Made by a program: the position numbers and the translations under genes. A stretch of 64,000 bases of DNA from the human T2T-CHM13v2.0 reference genome, Homo sapiens: NCBI RefSeq assembly GCF_009914755.1, contig NC_060927.1; one strand, written 5' to 3'. The notes below the pieces were generated by a model. The model was not told the DNA's origin. It saw nothing but the letters and a program-made list of their open reading frames with translations, and made no database searches. Each line of letters opens with the position of its first letter. Within the stretch, counting starts at the first letter, position 1. Shown here one piece after another: positions 40,692-55,900 of the stretch.

Positions 40692-41108
40692 GTATATTAG
40701 TTTTCCAGAGCTGCCAAAACAAATTGTCACATACTTGGTGGGTTAAAGTAACAGAAATTCTTTTCTTTCTTCTCTCTAGAGGCCAGAGCCCAAAATCAAG
40801 ATGTGAGCAGGCCTAGACTCATTCTGGAAGCTCTAGGGGAGATACCTTCCTTGTTCTTCCAGTTTCAGTAAGCTTTCAACATTCTTTGGTTCATGGTAAT
40901 AGCATTCCAAACTCTGCCTCCATTTTTACATGGCCTTCTTATCTGTGTTTATAAGGAAATTTGTCATTAGGTTTAGGGAAAATTTAAATAATCCAGTATA
41001 TTCCCAACTTGAGATCCTTAATTTATTTACAGCTGTAAATGCTTTCTTTTTGTAAGAAAGCATTCACAGGGTCTGGAGATTAGGGTATGGACATATCTTT
41101 TGGAGGCA
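40692..41108 (-). mobile_element. MLT1B/C-like MaLR LTR
   Basis: 'tattagttttccagagctgccaaaacaaattgtcacatacttggtgg...ctctaggggagata...ggacatatcttttggagg'. Confidence 0.8.
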
Positions 41109-41199
41109 AAAACCAAAAACCTGTTTTATTAGATATTTTACATTGTTTAATAATATTGTGGATTTTTTATTTTTAATTCTATCAAAATATAGTTATCAA

Positions 41200-41570
41200 A
41201 AAGAAACAAAATGAATACAATGGATTTTTATATATTGACCTTTTATCTTAAGACTTGATAAATTTACTTGTTAGTTATACTTGTTTTGCATCGTGAGATT
41301 CCCCAAGATAATCTATGTAGATAATTATAACTGTTGTGAATAAAAATAGCTTTTCTTCTTGCTTTTTAACTTTTATTTATTTATTTTTGTTTCGCCTTAT
41401 TACACTGGCTCTGTATTTCAGTAAAATTTTGAATAGAAGTGGTAAAAGTGGGCAGAATCTTATTTTATTTAGTCTTCATGGGAAAGTGTTCAGTATTTCC
41501 CAACAGATATGTTATTAGTTACAGTTTATTTTGGATGTCCTTATTTAGTTGAGAGACTACCATTCTGTTA
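41200..41570 (-). mobile_element. Old L1M ORF2 fragment
   Basis: 'gatttttatatattgacctt', 'ttgaatagaagtggtaaaagtgggca'. Confidence 0.65.
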
Positions 41571-41683
41571 GAAGAAAAGCAATGAAAATGAGATACCCAT
41601 TTGTAACACTAAATTATGAAATTTTAAAAAAAGCTTATGAATGTTTTCCTTGTATGCATATAACAAATATGCAAATATATGCA

Positions 41684-41739
41684 ATTTTATGTAAAATTAC
41701 ATAAAATTTACATAATTTTATGTAAAAATTACATAAAAT
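41684..41739. repeat. AT-rich palindromic repeat of TTATGTAA/TTACATAA units
   Basis: attttatgtaa-aa-ttacataaaat hairpin occurs twice; five 8-mers in total. Confidence 0.85.
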
Positions 41740-42179
41740 AATTTGACAAAAATATTTATATACTTTATTACTATAATTTAAATGCACTAGATAAAATGAT
41801 AGAGATAAAATATTTCTATGGACCGGTTAAAGTCAGATTAAAACATTTGAGAAGTATTTAAAAAGAGAGAGAATGAAGGGAGCAGATAAAGAGTACCCCT
41901 TTGAGATTTTTAAAAATAAATCACAATACAGTTTCTCAAGCTGGTAATTAAGACCATTCAGTGTTGTCAATGTCTGGAATACTCTGTCTCCTCCAATTTT
42001 ATACCTGGTGAAATTCTAACTTCATTTCAAATGTCACTTTCCAAGTCTAAATAAATAATTATCTTTTGAATGTTAGTTGCAATCCTGTTGTTTCACATTC
42101 TATTTTTGCTAGAGTTGGTTTTACCACTTTATGGGTCTGTAGGGAAAGTGCCCAAAGTTATGTATTTGTTCTGCAGCTT

Positions 42180-42392
42180 AACCCCCTGAGTTTCAAATCC
42201 TAGCCCCACAATTACTAAATAGTTATGTGATCTTGGCATCTTGCCCAAGTTCTTGGAGCTCTCTGGACCTTATTTTCCTCATCTGTAAAATCAGCTTTGA
42301 AAAAATACCAATGTAATGATGGGTATGAGAATTAAATGTGTTAATGTTTATGAACTCTTAGACAAGGACTGCTCAGTAAGTGCTCTTATTAT
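42180..42392 (+). mobile_element. MIR
   Basis: 'ttcaaatcctagcccc...tgtgatcttggca...ttttcctcatctgtaaaat...gagaattaaatg'. Confidence 0.75.
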
Positions 42393-43417
42393 TTTTGTTT
42401 ATATGTATTTCTGCCTCCCACATTGAATTGTGACATCCTTGAGGACAACATTGGCTTTTAATTTTTCATAAGATTAGAATAGTTTAAATTTAAATTGATT
42501 AACTATATATTTGTTTTGGGAGTCATGCCTCCAAATTCAAATATAATCAAGAATCAAACATTCTTAATGTAGTAAATATTTGTACCTTTTTGATAAATTA
42601 ATGGCCATTTTTATTGGTAGTTATAGATATTTCTTTGGAATTTTGTCATTTTCAGATAAATTCATTATTTATGAATGATCAGATGGACTTAATTCAAATT
42701 TAGGGTATAATTTGAAACTATTCAGAGCTATTACAATAATTAACTCTGACTTGACATAAGCATAATTCTAGAAAATTTAAACTATAAAGCCTTTGGGCTT
42801 ATATATGCCTTTTCAAAACATAAAATCACATTTCTAATGCCTGTATGCTTACAGGTATCTTTAGCAGAACTTCTCAGAAGAGCTGCACTTTTTCTATTGC
42901 ATTATCCACCTTTGAAAGTGGTTTAATGCTTCAGCAGGTTTTGAAGGATTCTAAATGATTCCCCAAATTTGGCAAGACCTGTTTGTCCAACTACAGATTG
43001 ATTTCTATGTGAAAATGTGCAGTGCTTATCTGTGGGACATAATGTGCACCCAAATATTCAATTTAGAACTCTCAGAATCTTTGAAATTAGAAAACAACTC
43101 TGGGAACGAATTAATTAGAATAAAAGGAGATCGAGACTATTTACTGTTAGTTAGTTTATACTATGTCTGATGTTGCTACCATATACGGCGTATTAAGTTA
43201 GTTAACTTGTAATGTCTGAGACGAACATGACTGGGAAGTTTTGTGCTGATTCCTAGGCCTCACCCTCAGAAATTATAACTTATTTGTTCTTGGGTAGGGC
43301 TCCAGCCTGGGTTATATTTAAAGTCCCACAAATGATTATAATGTTTACTCTAGGTTAACCCTTCTGGTGTACACGTAGTGATACCAAGTCTAATTCCCCT
43401 TTTTCCTCAAAGACCTT

Positions 43418-44017
43418 TTGTTAGGCAGAATTGGTAAAATGGCCACCAAAATATCCCATTTTGATCCCCAGAAACAGAATATTGTGCTATATCACTTTGG
43501 TGATTGTGTTATTTTATACAACATAGTTGATCTTAAGGCAAGGAGCATATCTGGTAGTTTTGGGATAATTACACAAGCTCTTAAAAGCATAGAACGATAT
43601 CCACATGGTGGTAGAAGGGAATGTCAAACAGATTCAATGCACACAGGTGATTTAATGTGTTATTGTTGGCTTTGAGGATGGACTTGGCTCCATGAAAGGA
43701 AACTGGAATATATCCTCTAGAAGCTGAAGTCAGCCCCTTATTAAGCATTGTTAAGGAATTGAGGTCCTCAATTATACCATCTCAAGGAACTAGATTCCAC
43801 CAACAATTTCAATGAATTTGGAAGCAGAGTTTTCTTCGGATACTCCAGATAAGAACATAGCTTGGATGACACTCCAACTTTGATCATCAAAGCTTCTAAG
43901 CAGAGAACACAGTCAAGCTTGCCTAGACTTTTTACCTACCAAACTGTAAGCTAATGGGTATTCTTTTAAGCCACTAAATTAGCGGTATTTTTAATCCAAC
44001 AATAGAAAACTAAAATA
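43418..44017 (+). mobile_element. MLT1E/F-like MaLR LTR
   Basis: 'tgttaggcagaatt...atggcc', 'cctctagaagctgaag', 'tttaagccactaaatt...aatagaaaactaa'. Confidence 0.75.
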
Positions 44018-45226
44018 TTCTTCAAAGAAACTCTTTAAACCACATCTCTAGACCTTTTATTCTTGTTTTTGTAAACCAATGCCCAAAACTTAATTTTTAT
44101 GTTAAATATTCTCTACTATGCTGTATGTCAGTATGACCTCTGCTAATTAACTATCTCCCAAATTCTTCTTTTCTGCCTGCAGAAACTACACTGCATACTC
44201 AGTGAGTTTATTACTCCTTGTGAAATAATTTCCTGCTGCTTCTTTCATGGCTGAAACCTATTTCTTCCCCAAGGATGTCACTTTCTCTTTAGCCTTCCAA
44301 CTGATGCTCTTCATTTCCACTTCTAGCACAATTCTCTATCACCTTCCAGGAAAACTGATAAAACCACCACCATAAAAGCTATACAAAGCTCTATTATCCC
44401 TATTACTGTTTAAATACTATCCTCCCACCAATCTTTTGCTTACTCCTAATAACTGGCACTATTGAATTCTTAGTAACTGCTTCTCTTTCACAAAATAACA
44501 TGAGTCAACTCTTTGAATAGCTTATCCATACACTATGTGGGTAAATTTCATTCTGATAACTTTGTCTTGCAGTTTCTTAACCTCCTGATTTACAGTGACC
44601 TATTTTTTTTAATGCCTTCTCAGCATACGGGAACTTTTGATCCCCTGCTGTCATTCTAATCTCTAAAATCACCAGTTCAAACATAAGAAAAATCATAAAA
44701 AAATTTCTTTCTCATCAGGACATCTGGTTCACAGATCCTTCTCCGTTCTGTCAGTCCTTTCTTCATTCTTTTCTTATTTAGCATAAAATTCATAGCACAC
44801 TCATCCTTTAACAATCTGAATTCCCTTGAATTTTCATTGTCATTGAATGGCAAAAATACTAATGAATAATTTTTTTGGGTGCTTTGTTAGATATAGTCAT
44901 AAAAAGGATGTTGCAAATGTGATAAATTTAGGATCAATAACCTTAAATATGACCTCAACAGAGTTTGACATTTTATTCCTACTGCCATAATACTATGTTC
45001 AAATATTTTTATTCTTACAACTATAATTCTGTGTTCAAATTCAATACCTCAATTTGCAAAAACAAGCAGTTTAATACCTTTCCACTTTTATAAATATTTG
45101 ACCTTATCCCACGGAGTCCTCTCCAGTAGAGGGTTTAAGATGAGACTTTTACCAAACTTCTGTGTCTACCTATGTCTACAACTTCTCTTCTGGTACAATG
45201 CAAAAGGTGACTATGCAACTATTTTA

Positions 45227-45697
<471 letters not shown>

Positions 45698-46892
45698 TTG
45701 AAAAAATTTTAAATTTCAACTACTTGCTCTTGTTCATTCAATACCTCCACTTCTCCCAGTCAGAGTTTCTATTACTTTAAAGAAACATACTAAACACACA
45801 ATATTGATCACAAAACATTTTCCTGTTTCCTGACCTAGTCATCAACTTTCTTTCATAGCTGACTTTATTTTTTCTTCATCAACTTTTTTGTCAGACTCTA
45901 CTCTGATTCCAGCATAACTTATGCCTCTAGTCTCATGAAGGTTACCAGTGACTTCTGTGTCTTTACATTTAGTGTGTATTTTATAAATATCACCTTGATC
46001 GACTTTTCAGGAATACTGAAAATCGTTCTTACATTGGATTTCCTGACAAAATTGCTAGTTTTCTTCCTGTTACTCTGTATTTCCTTTGCTATAATATCTT
46101 TATTTACTCAGCCATTAATGTTGGGGTTCATTGAGACTTTGGGACCTCCCTCTTCTCAATATTTATAAATTTTATGTGGATTTATTTACTAGCAAGACAT
46201 ATCTTATCCCAGTGAAAGGCACTGTTCTCGAATAGCTTCACAGGGACCACAGACTTAGGAGTCAAAATTTTACCTTTTTTTTTTTTTTCAACCTCTTATC
46301 CAATACATCACTTAGACTATTGAATTTCCCTCTAATAAATTCCATTTACCCACCTCCTTAATTTCCCAACTTTGCCTGCCCTAATTTTATCTGCCAGCAT
46401 CTGCTTCTACTTGAGCCATTTTTTTTTTGGATTTAATGAAAGTCACATTTCTTAATCTAAAAATTGAGTTTGGTCCTATACCAATTTGTTCCTTATTCAT
46501 TTCAAATATATTATTTTTTCCTTTGGATATTTATTGTTTTTCACATATCAGTGGTCTATTTTGTTGTGAGATTTTATTAAAATTTTAGATTAACTTTTGG
46601 TACATAGTTATAAAACATGAATTATTAAAGCGATTAATTTTAATTAATAAAGGTTTATTAAAAACAAATCTAGAACTTAGCATTTTTTAAGCATTTAAAT
46701 TCAGCTTATAAATATTGTTATATTTGTAAATGGAATAACATAAGAAAACTACTTAAATTTTTTTGTCTGCTTGCTCAAAATAATAGGTAAAATTCCCTGA
46801 ACCATTTTCAATTTATAACTTAAATTCTTCAAATATTTAAAAATCATTTAAAATGTATTATATCAAATTTTCTTTTAAATAGTTCCATTTAA

Positions 46893-47197
46893 TTTTTTTA
46901 TATTGTTTTAGAGACAGGGTCTTGCTCTGTCATCCAGGTACAGTGGCACAATCATGGCTCACTGTAGCCTCAAAATTCTGGGCTCAAGCAATCCTCTTGC
47001 CTTAGCTTCCTGAGCAGCTGGAACTACAGGTGTGTGCCACCATGCCCAGTTAATTAAAACAATTTTTATTTTACTTGTTTTTTTTAAGAAATGGGGTCTC
47101 ACAATGTTGCCCAGTCTGGATTCCTGACCTAACGTGTTCCTCCTGCCTCTGGCTTCCAAAGTGCTGGGGTTACAGGCTTGAGCCACTGCACCTGGCC
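46893..47197 (-). mobile_element. AluJ
   Basis: 'gagacagggtcttgctctgtc...atcatggctcactgtagcctc...gggctcaagcaatcctc'. Confidence 0.9.
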
Positions 47198-48219
47198 TCA
47201 GTTTTGTTTTTGACAATGTAAAACAAAGCCTTTGTAATACTTGAGGATCTCTTAAATATAATAAGATAAATTTATAAAGTGAGTCAATTTAAAGTTTCCA
47301 AAAATAGTTTACTACTTTTTAGACAAAATCAAATTATCCTAGCTTTTCTACATTCAAATCTTAAAGCAAAAATTACTTAATTTCACATTTTACATTAAGA
47401 TGTGAAACAATATCTAGGATCTTCTAGTATAATAAGTTACTAATATGCTGTATGACAAATTTAAACAGATTATTCTCAAATTTAATATGAAATGGCTAAC
47501 ACCATGGGCTTGATTTATTTTATAATCTTACTATTTAATAAAGCTCCCTGGAATTAAAAGTACATTTTAAAAAAGAGGTCAATCATTTGAAGGGAGTAGA
47601 GATTGTCCTATATAAACAAGGGTTTGTCGGTCAGCCTACTAGTGAGACAGCTAAGAAGTATGTTTTGTCCTGCAAGATACATTTTTACACATTTTTTCTA
47701 ACTTCCTAGATTAACATGGGTATTTCAAACAAAGATCTTCAAACAGAACTGGTTTCAAAAGCTACTTTCTGAGTTCAATTTGCATCACCTGTTTTTCCCA
47801 ACAGATTTATTTCAAACCTCACTCACTCCCTAATCATAACTTTTTTCTTCATTTAACTCTTAATTAGCAGCACATATTTTAAAATCCAAAATCTGAATAT
47901 TTTTTAAATGTATAAATCATCCAATTTCAATAGTAATCAATATTCTGTTATTATTTTACCTGTTTTCTATTACCCCTCTCCAATTTTTTTGTCTTGAGTT
48001 ATTGTTTTTTTTAATTCATTTAAAACAAAATACTTCCTAATTGAATTTTGGTTATTTTCTCATTTCCCTTTCTGGCCAGGGCTCTTATCTTAAAAATACT
48101 TAAGTGACATACAAATGCATGCTGAACTTCCCTTATATATTATTTTCATCTTGGGGTGAAATCAGCAGTGTCATGTTAATGATACACTGCATTTTTCCAA
48201 CTAAAGGTGCTAAATTTAA

Positions 48220-48350
48220 GTCAGGCTTGAACAGGTAACTCCAGCTAGTTGGGAAGCTGAGATGGGAGGATGTCTTGAGGCAGGAGTTTTAGACTAACCT
48301 GGACAAAATGGTGAGACCACTGTCAAAATAAATAAATAAATAAATAAAAA
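48220..48350 (+). mobile_element. FLAM / Alu monomer
   Basis: Monomer with (TAAA)n tail; flanking direct repeat tgctaaatttaagt at 48208 and 48356. Confidence 0.75.
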
Positions 48351-49389
48351 CGTTTTGCTAAATTTAAGTTAATTCTGACTTCAAACTCCAAACTTATGTT
48401 AAATAAAAATTGTGTGCCTAATATATTTTTATGTTTTTAAAACAAAAAACGTGAGTACTAAGCACAAAAATTTGATGTAATTATAACGGGATATATCACA
48501 AAATTCAAAAGAAACATGCTCCATTATGTTTACATGCTTTTGACATGTGATTAAAAATTTTTCTCTTTTTGATTATCATTATCACAACTTTTTACAGATT
48601 TCATTTGTATTGAGTAACTATTAATTTCTTGTTGATGCTCAAATATAGTCTAGTTGGTGGAAACGTAAGATTCTACATTCCTCTAAATTTATAAGCATTC
48701 TTTCTCTCAGGCAACAAAAAGTCTCAGGTTATGCTTTCCTTGCCCTATATATAAAATAAGACTTATTTTTTTCAGCAGACTCTGGTTCTGCTCCTTGAAA
48801 AATAGTATCTGAAAACCAAAAATCTACGAACTAAAGAACACTTGTCAAAGTTTTGAGCTAGAAAAAATGTTTTTTAATAGTCATGAGTTTATATTTATAT
48901 TTCCTGACAGATTGAATAATGTACAGTATAACTTTAATAACTATAATATAATTAATTTAATTAATATAGATTTGTAACTAATTTTTTGTGATTCAATAAA
49001 CTATACAATTATCTCTTTAAAATTTGTAATTTATAAAAAAGTTAGCATATATGCTTATTTGTTATGTCTATCAATATTTAAAATAAATCTAAATAGACTT
49101 TTTTCTCTTTTAGAAAGCTGCCTAATTTAGTAGCTTAGCTTAGCCTCCTATTTTGCAGTTACTAAGTCTCCTTAAATCCTCAGCTTTTTTTATATTGTTG
49201 TTTATTTGGATTACAGCTGGCCGATTATTTTTGTGGTCAGATAAGTCTTGAAAGTCATGGAAACATTGGCAATGCCAAGCATAGTGAAAACTATTTCTAT
49301 CCTTGCATGGGAGTGATTGAAAAGGAAGCAAAATCTAACCCTAGGCTGAGTCATGAGAAGCAGCTTCCAACTAAACTGAAAAATCAGTT

Positions 49390-51335
49390 TTAATTTTCTT
49401 GAATTTTATATAAATGAAATAAAAGTATTTAGTCTCTTGTCTAGCGTCTCTGTGAGCAAAATTATTTTGAGATGCTTCCATCTTGTGCACATATTCATAG
49501 TTCATTGCTTTTGCTTTTTTTTATGAGTAGCAATACATTCTATGGAATCACTACATTCAGATTAGTCATTAACTTGATAAAGGAAATCTGAATTATTTTC
49601 CAGATTACTTTTCTTTACAAATAAAGCTACTATAAGCATTCATACTACAATCTTTGTATGGAAATATGATCTTATTTCCACTGGGTGAAAGCGAGGAATG
49701 GACTGGATCATATCATAGGTGAACATTTAACTTCTAAGACACTAGTAAACAATTTTCCGAAGTGGTTACACTATGTTACATTTCTACCAACTGGGTACAA
49801 GAATTCCATTTTCCAACATCCTGCCTGATAATAGGTGTAGTAAATTTTTAAAAATTATTCAATTTTAGACATATTGCTATGTCTGTAGTAGTATTAATAT
49901 AAATTAGTTTTACATTTTCCTAATAACTAATGATGTTGAGCTTTTTTTCCATGTGCTGATCTTCTTGGGAGAAATTACTGTTTTGATTTTTTAAACAAAT
50001 TCTTATTGTTTTCCTATTATTAACTTTGAAGTATACTTTATATATCTTGGATAGTTCTTCAACAGATACGTGCTTTACTAATATTTTCTCCCAACATATG
50101 GATTATCTTTTTATAACCTTCACAGTGTGTTTCAAGGAACAGAAGATTTTAATTTGATAAAGCCCAATCTTATATGTTGTTATTATATGAATAATGCTTG
50201 TGGCATCATAATATTAATAAAACCTGTTTATATCAAATGTTCTTCTGTGTTTTCTTCTGTAAGTTTCAAATTTTTAGTTTTATATTTAGACCTATGACAT
50301 TTAGAGTTAGTTTGTGTGTATGTTGTGAGGTATGAATCCAAATTTAATATTGCACAGGGGTATCCAGCATGTTTATTGAAGACTGACATTTCTCCATGTA
50401 ATTGTCTTTGTTCCTATTGTGAAAATCAATTTTCCATACCTGTTTTATTTCTGTACTCTTGCTGTTATATTGTTTTATTTGCTTATCTTTATGCTGATAT
50501 GATATTGAATATTTAAGTTTTACAATCAATTTTGAATTTAAGATAGTACTACAAATTTGTTCTATTTCAAAGTTGTTTTAGCTATTCTCAGTTCTTTAAC
50601 TTTTCTTATGAATTTTATAATAATTTTGTTAATTCCTTAGAAAGTATTCCTACTGTGATTTTAAATAATATTGCATTGAATCTAATGTCAAATTTGAAAG
50701 ATTCATATCGTAAGTATTTAGCTCTTTGACACATGATTATGTATTTCTCTTCATTTATTTAAGTCTCCTTTACTTTCTCTCAGCAGTGTTTTATAGTTTA
50801 TGGTGTACAGATTTTTCATTTTTTAAAAAAAATTTATTTTCCATTTTGATGCTATTGTAAATGGTGCTTAAAAATATTTTCTAATTGTTTATTGCCAATA
50901 TGAAGAAATAAACTAATTTTGCATATTAGTCTTATTTGTTAAATGCACTGCCTTTAGTTGCTTATTTAAAATTTCAGTGGATTATTCCCTTTAATTATAC
51001 CATCTATAAATAAGAGCAGTTTTACTTCCTGTTTTATCTGAAAGGGATTTTATTTCTTTATCTTCCCTTATTGCTCTGTCTAGAACATCTAGTATAATAT
51101 TAAATAAAACAGAGGAATTTAAACATCTTAGCCATGTTCCTGAACTTAGAGGGAAAGCATTCAGTTTTTCACAATAAAATATAATGTTAGCTGTAGGTTT
51201 TTATAGATTAAAGAACTGCCTTCTATCTTAGCGTGCTGAGAGGTTTTGTGAGGACTGGATGTTAGATTCTGCCATCATTGTTTTTTTGTGTCTGCTTATA
51301 TGATCATGTGGTGCTTCTAAAATTGTTAGCATGGT
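49390..51335 (-). mobile_element. L1MB/L1ME 3' part
   Basis: 'ataaagctactataagcattcat', 'taataactaatgatgttgagc', 'ttgcattgaatcta', 'cttagagggaaagcattcagt'. Confidence 0.85.
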
Positions 51336-51868
51336 TAGAGAGAGTTTTCCATGGAAACAGAAACAATACTATATAAAGAAAGATATCTGAGAGGGGACTT
51401 ATTAGAATTAGCTCACAAAACTGTGAAGGCTGAGAAGTCCTGCCATATGCTGCCTGCAAGCTGGAAAACCAGGGAAGCTGGTGGCATAGCTCAGTCCAAC
51501 TCTGCAGGCCTGAGAACTGGGGGAGCTGATGGTGTGACTCTCATTCCAAGGCTGAAGAGCTGAGAACAAGGGGAACTACTGGTGCAAGTCCTAGTTCAAA
51601 GGTCAGAGAGCCTGGAATTCTGATGATCAAGGGCACAGGAATATGGGTGTCCCAGGTCCAGAAGTGAGAGACAGAGTGTGAATTCGCCTTCCCTCTGCCT
51701 CTTTGTTCTATTTGGGCCCTTAATCATTTGGACAGTGCCCGCCTAGGTTGAGTGAGAATGAATTTTTCTTATGCAGTCCACTGAGTAAGACTTATTTAAT
51801 TATTTAAGTGACAGTCTATTCCAGAAACAGCCTCTCACAGCCATACCCTAAAATAATGTTCTAAATTG
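51335..51868 (-). mobile_element. MLT2B-like ERVL LTR
   Basis: 'aaggctgagaagtcctgccatatgctgcctgcaagctggaaaaccagggaagctggtggcatagctcagtcc...ggcctgagaac'. Confidence 0.85.
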
Positions 51869-51919
51869 ACTTCTTTTTTTTTCAGAACTTATTGTTTTCA
51901 TTCACTATCTTTTTGTTTT

Positions 51920-52970
51920 AATTTTTTTTCCAATGAGGAATCAGCCATCATTTTTATCTTTCTTCCTTTGCAGATAACTTTTTTTTTTTTTTTCCTGTTG
52001 GTGCTTTGAAAGTTTCATCCTTATCACTGGTTTTGAACAATTTGATTCTAATATGTCTTGTTGCAATTTTCTTCTTGAGTACTGTGCTTTAAGTTTATTG
52101 AGTTTCTGTCATGTTTGGGTTTATATTTTTACCTGATTTGGAAAACAAAATAATACTTATGATTTCTTCAACATTTTTTTTCTTCCCCCTCTCTTTCTTC
52201 TGCTTCATGGATTTCAAGTAGTCGAATAGATATTCTTTGTATTCAATACAAATATTGAAACATTTGTATTGCTTTATGTGTGAGTTTAGTAGTCTTTTCT
52301 GGATGTTCAGACATTTTAGGTAGCACTAGCTCAGTTCTCTTTCTAGGGAGAACTAGAAAGAGTTCTCAGTTCTAGTTCTAGGGAACCCTACTTGTTCCCT
52401 ATTACAGAGGTAAGCCCCTCTGTCTACTGTAACCCATGCCTGACGAATCATGATGCTTTCCAGCCTGGCTGGGGCAAAATTGGATTACCTCAAGCCCTGT
52501 GTGAGTGACACTGTTATCTCAACACTTCTAGATGAATCTTGTTTTTGGTAGTTTCTTCACACACTTATTGGTACTCAGATGAATATGTGAATGTGACTAT
52601 ATACCAGTCTTTGTTGTTCTGTTTCAATGCAGCTCTTTCTTCTCTGCTACTGTTATTTCAATACTGTCTTGTTTTCCATGTACTTTATCACTGTCTCCTC
52701 AAGTCAAGGAGTCTGCCAGACTGTATTAAATATGTTAAATGGATGGATTCTTCCTAACTGCATTGAAGTCTGGAATCTCTCTCTAAGCAAGAATCTGGTG
52801 TCATAGTGCTTATATGATTTTTATTTCCTCCATCTCTCGAGATTATTCTCCTTCATTACCTGATACCGTTTGTCCTTCAAAATGTTGTTTTATATATTTT
52901 GTTCATTTGTTTTGGCAACTTCAGGCCAGAGGATAAATACTTCCATGTTTCTTTATCTTGGTCTAAAGTG
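51920..52970 (-). mobile_element. Old L1M 5'/ORF1 fragment
   Basis: 'aatgaggaatcagcc', 'ttatcactggttttgaacaatttgatt'. Confidence 0.55.
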
Positions 52971-55900
52971 ACAGTATTGTTTCATATATTTCTTTATTTC
53001 TTCTAGCAGTAAATTGTATTAATTCATAATACTAATCTTTAATAAATGTATATTAAAATGTCAAAATTCAAGCATTCATGAACAAGGCTAAAAAAGTTAA
53101 TGAAAATCTCAAATTACTTAAAATAATAACTAATATTTAGATAAAAAGAAATTTCAAAGAGCGCATGATGATATAGTGAGCACACTATATCAAGAACACC
53201 AGTGGTGAAATAATTCTCAGTTTGAATAAGTACTTTGAATAAATGCAATGAAGTGACTCTTGATGGAAGTTTTTTCTGACAATGAAATTTCTTTTGTGTA
53301 AGGCAAAATTATGAAGTGATTAAGTGCTTTTTTAAGGCAGTTTTGAAGAACCAGAATAAGACTCAGTGAGGTAGGAAAAGAAAGTATTCAGTGATGCATA
53401 AATGAAACAATACCATGATATTTATTTTGTACTGCACCTACTTGTTAACCAAAAATCTCACAGTTTACTTACCTTATATTTTGAAATATATTTTAATTGT
53501 GGGAAGCTTTTAAGTAGTACAACAGTGACATTTCTCCCCAGATTAATGACTCTTAGAGTGAGAGTGAATATAATTTTGTTCAACTTTTTACTCAATGTAC
53601 CAATATTTACTACTTTATCTCTGATATGTGGCTAATCAACTTTTGCTTAAACACTTGCAATGGCTATAAGCTTATTATTGCACAAGGCAGATCATTCCAT
53701 TTTGCAAAACTCCTTTTAATAAGTACAAATATGTCCACTTATAACTTATGCTCACTGTATCACATCTAACATTTGGAGTACACTGAAGTCTAATCTTTTC
53801 TGTCTGAACAAATGTTCTAATATTTAAAAATAATTACCACTGAAATCAATAATAAAAATGCATTTGAGGGGTAACAGAAAAATTTAATATAGCATGTTAT
53901 ATTTAAATATTTTTTTAAAAATTTTGTGAATGTTAAACATATTTTTAACAAAATGTCTCTTTTATAAAGATGCGTGGTAAACTACTTAGTGATGAGTGTC
54001 ATAATATCTAATATTTGCTTTAAAATGATTTATAAGGATTATTTATATGATAATTAAATAATATGGCAATTATATAAGATGGCATTTAAAACTTGCTTTT
54101 GTCAAAGGCATTTACTTCTACTCTTGAACAGGAATGTGTCTCTTTTTAAGTAATAACTTTTTAAATCTATAAACATACTAACTAACTAGACAAAATAAGT
54201 TCTATTTCAATACTTCATAGAGGGTAAAAGACATACTCTAGGTTCTAACTTAGTTAACATAGCCGTTTCTTCTCAGAGAATATCACATGAAACAAATGTT
54301 AAATTGTGCACTATGTTAGCATGAACTCAGAATGTTCCACTTTGCCTACATTCGCCAGTTGAAAGGTATGAATGAATGGCATATTCTATAAATTTCTAAT
54401 ACATTTTCTATTCATACCACTTCCATGCATTAGAAAGTATCCTTAACATGAAGAGATGTTGAATTTTATCAAGTGCCTTTTCTGGATCTATTGGGATCAT
54501 CATGTGGTTTTTGTCTTTAGTTCTGTTTATGTGATGAATCACATTTATTATTTGCGTATGTTGAACCAACTTTGCATCCAGGGATGAAGCCAACTTGATG
54601 GTGGCAGATAAGCTCTTTGATTTGCTGCTGGATTCGGTTTGCCAGTATTTTATTGAGGATTTTTGTATCAATGTTCATCAAGGATATTGGCCTGAAATTT
54701 TCTTTTTTGTTGTTGTTACATCTCTGCCAGGTTTTGGTGTCAGGCTGATGCTGGCCTCACAGAATGAGTTAGAGAGCAGTCCCTCCTTTTCAATTTATTA
54801 GAACAGTTTCATCAGAATTGGTGCCAGCTCTTAGTACCTCTGGTAGAATTCAGCTGTGAATTTGTCTGGTCCTCTGAGTAAACTAGGTATTGGAGGAATG
54901 TACATAAAAATACTAAGAGCTATATATGATAAACCCACAGCCAATACCATTCTGAATGGGCAAAAGATGGAAGTATTCCCCTAGAAAACTGGCACAAGAC
55001 AAGGATGCCGTCACTCACCATTCCTGTTTAAGATAGTATTGGAAGTTCTGGACAGGGCAATCAGGCAAGAGAAAGACATAGGGGAAATGAGGAAGTCAAA
55101 CTATCTTTGTTTGCAGATGACCTGATCCTATATCTAGAAAACCCCATTCTGTCAGCCCCAAAGCTTCTTAAGCTAATAAGCAACTTTGGCCAAGTCTCAG
55201 GATATGAAATCAATGTCTAAAAATTGCTAGCATTCCTATACACTAACAACGGCCAAACAGAGAGCCAAATCATGAATGAACTCCCATTTATTATCGCTAC
55301 AAAGAGAATAAAATACCTAGAAATACAGATAATAAGGGAAGTGAAGGAACTCTTCAAGGAGACCTACAAACCACTGCCTAAAGAAATCACAGAGGACACA
55401 AATGGAGAAACATTCTACGCTCATAAATAGGAAGAACCAACGTCATGAAAATGATCATACTGCCCAAAGTAATTTATAGACTCAATGCTACTCCCTTTAA
55501 ACCAGCATTGACATTCTTCACAGAATTAGAAAAAAAAATTTTTTTAAATTCATATGAAAGCAAACATGAGTCTGAATAACCATGATAATTCTATGCGAAA
55601 AGAACAAAGATGGAGGCATCATGTTACCTACTTCAAATTAGACTACAAGGCTGCAGTAACCAAAACAGCATGGTACTGATATAAGAACAGACACATAGCC
55701 TAATGGAACAGAACAGAGAACTCAAAAATAAGACAGCATACCTACAACCATCCGATCGTCGACAAACCTGAAAACAACAAGCAATGGGGAAAGGACTTCC
55801 TATTTAATAAATGGTGCTGGGAGTGCTGGCTAGCCATATGCAGAAAATTGAAACTGGACCCCTTCCTTACACCACACACAAAAATTAACTCAAAATGGAT

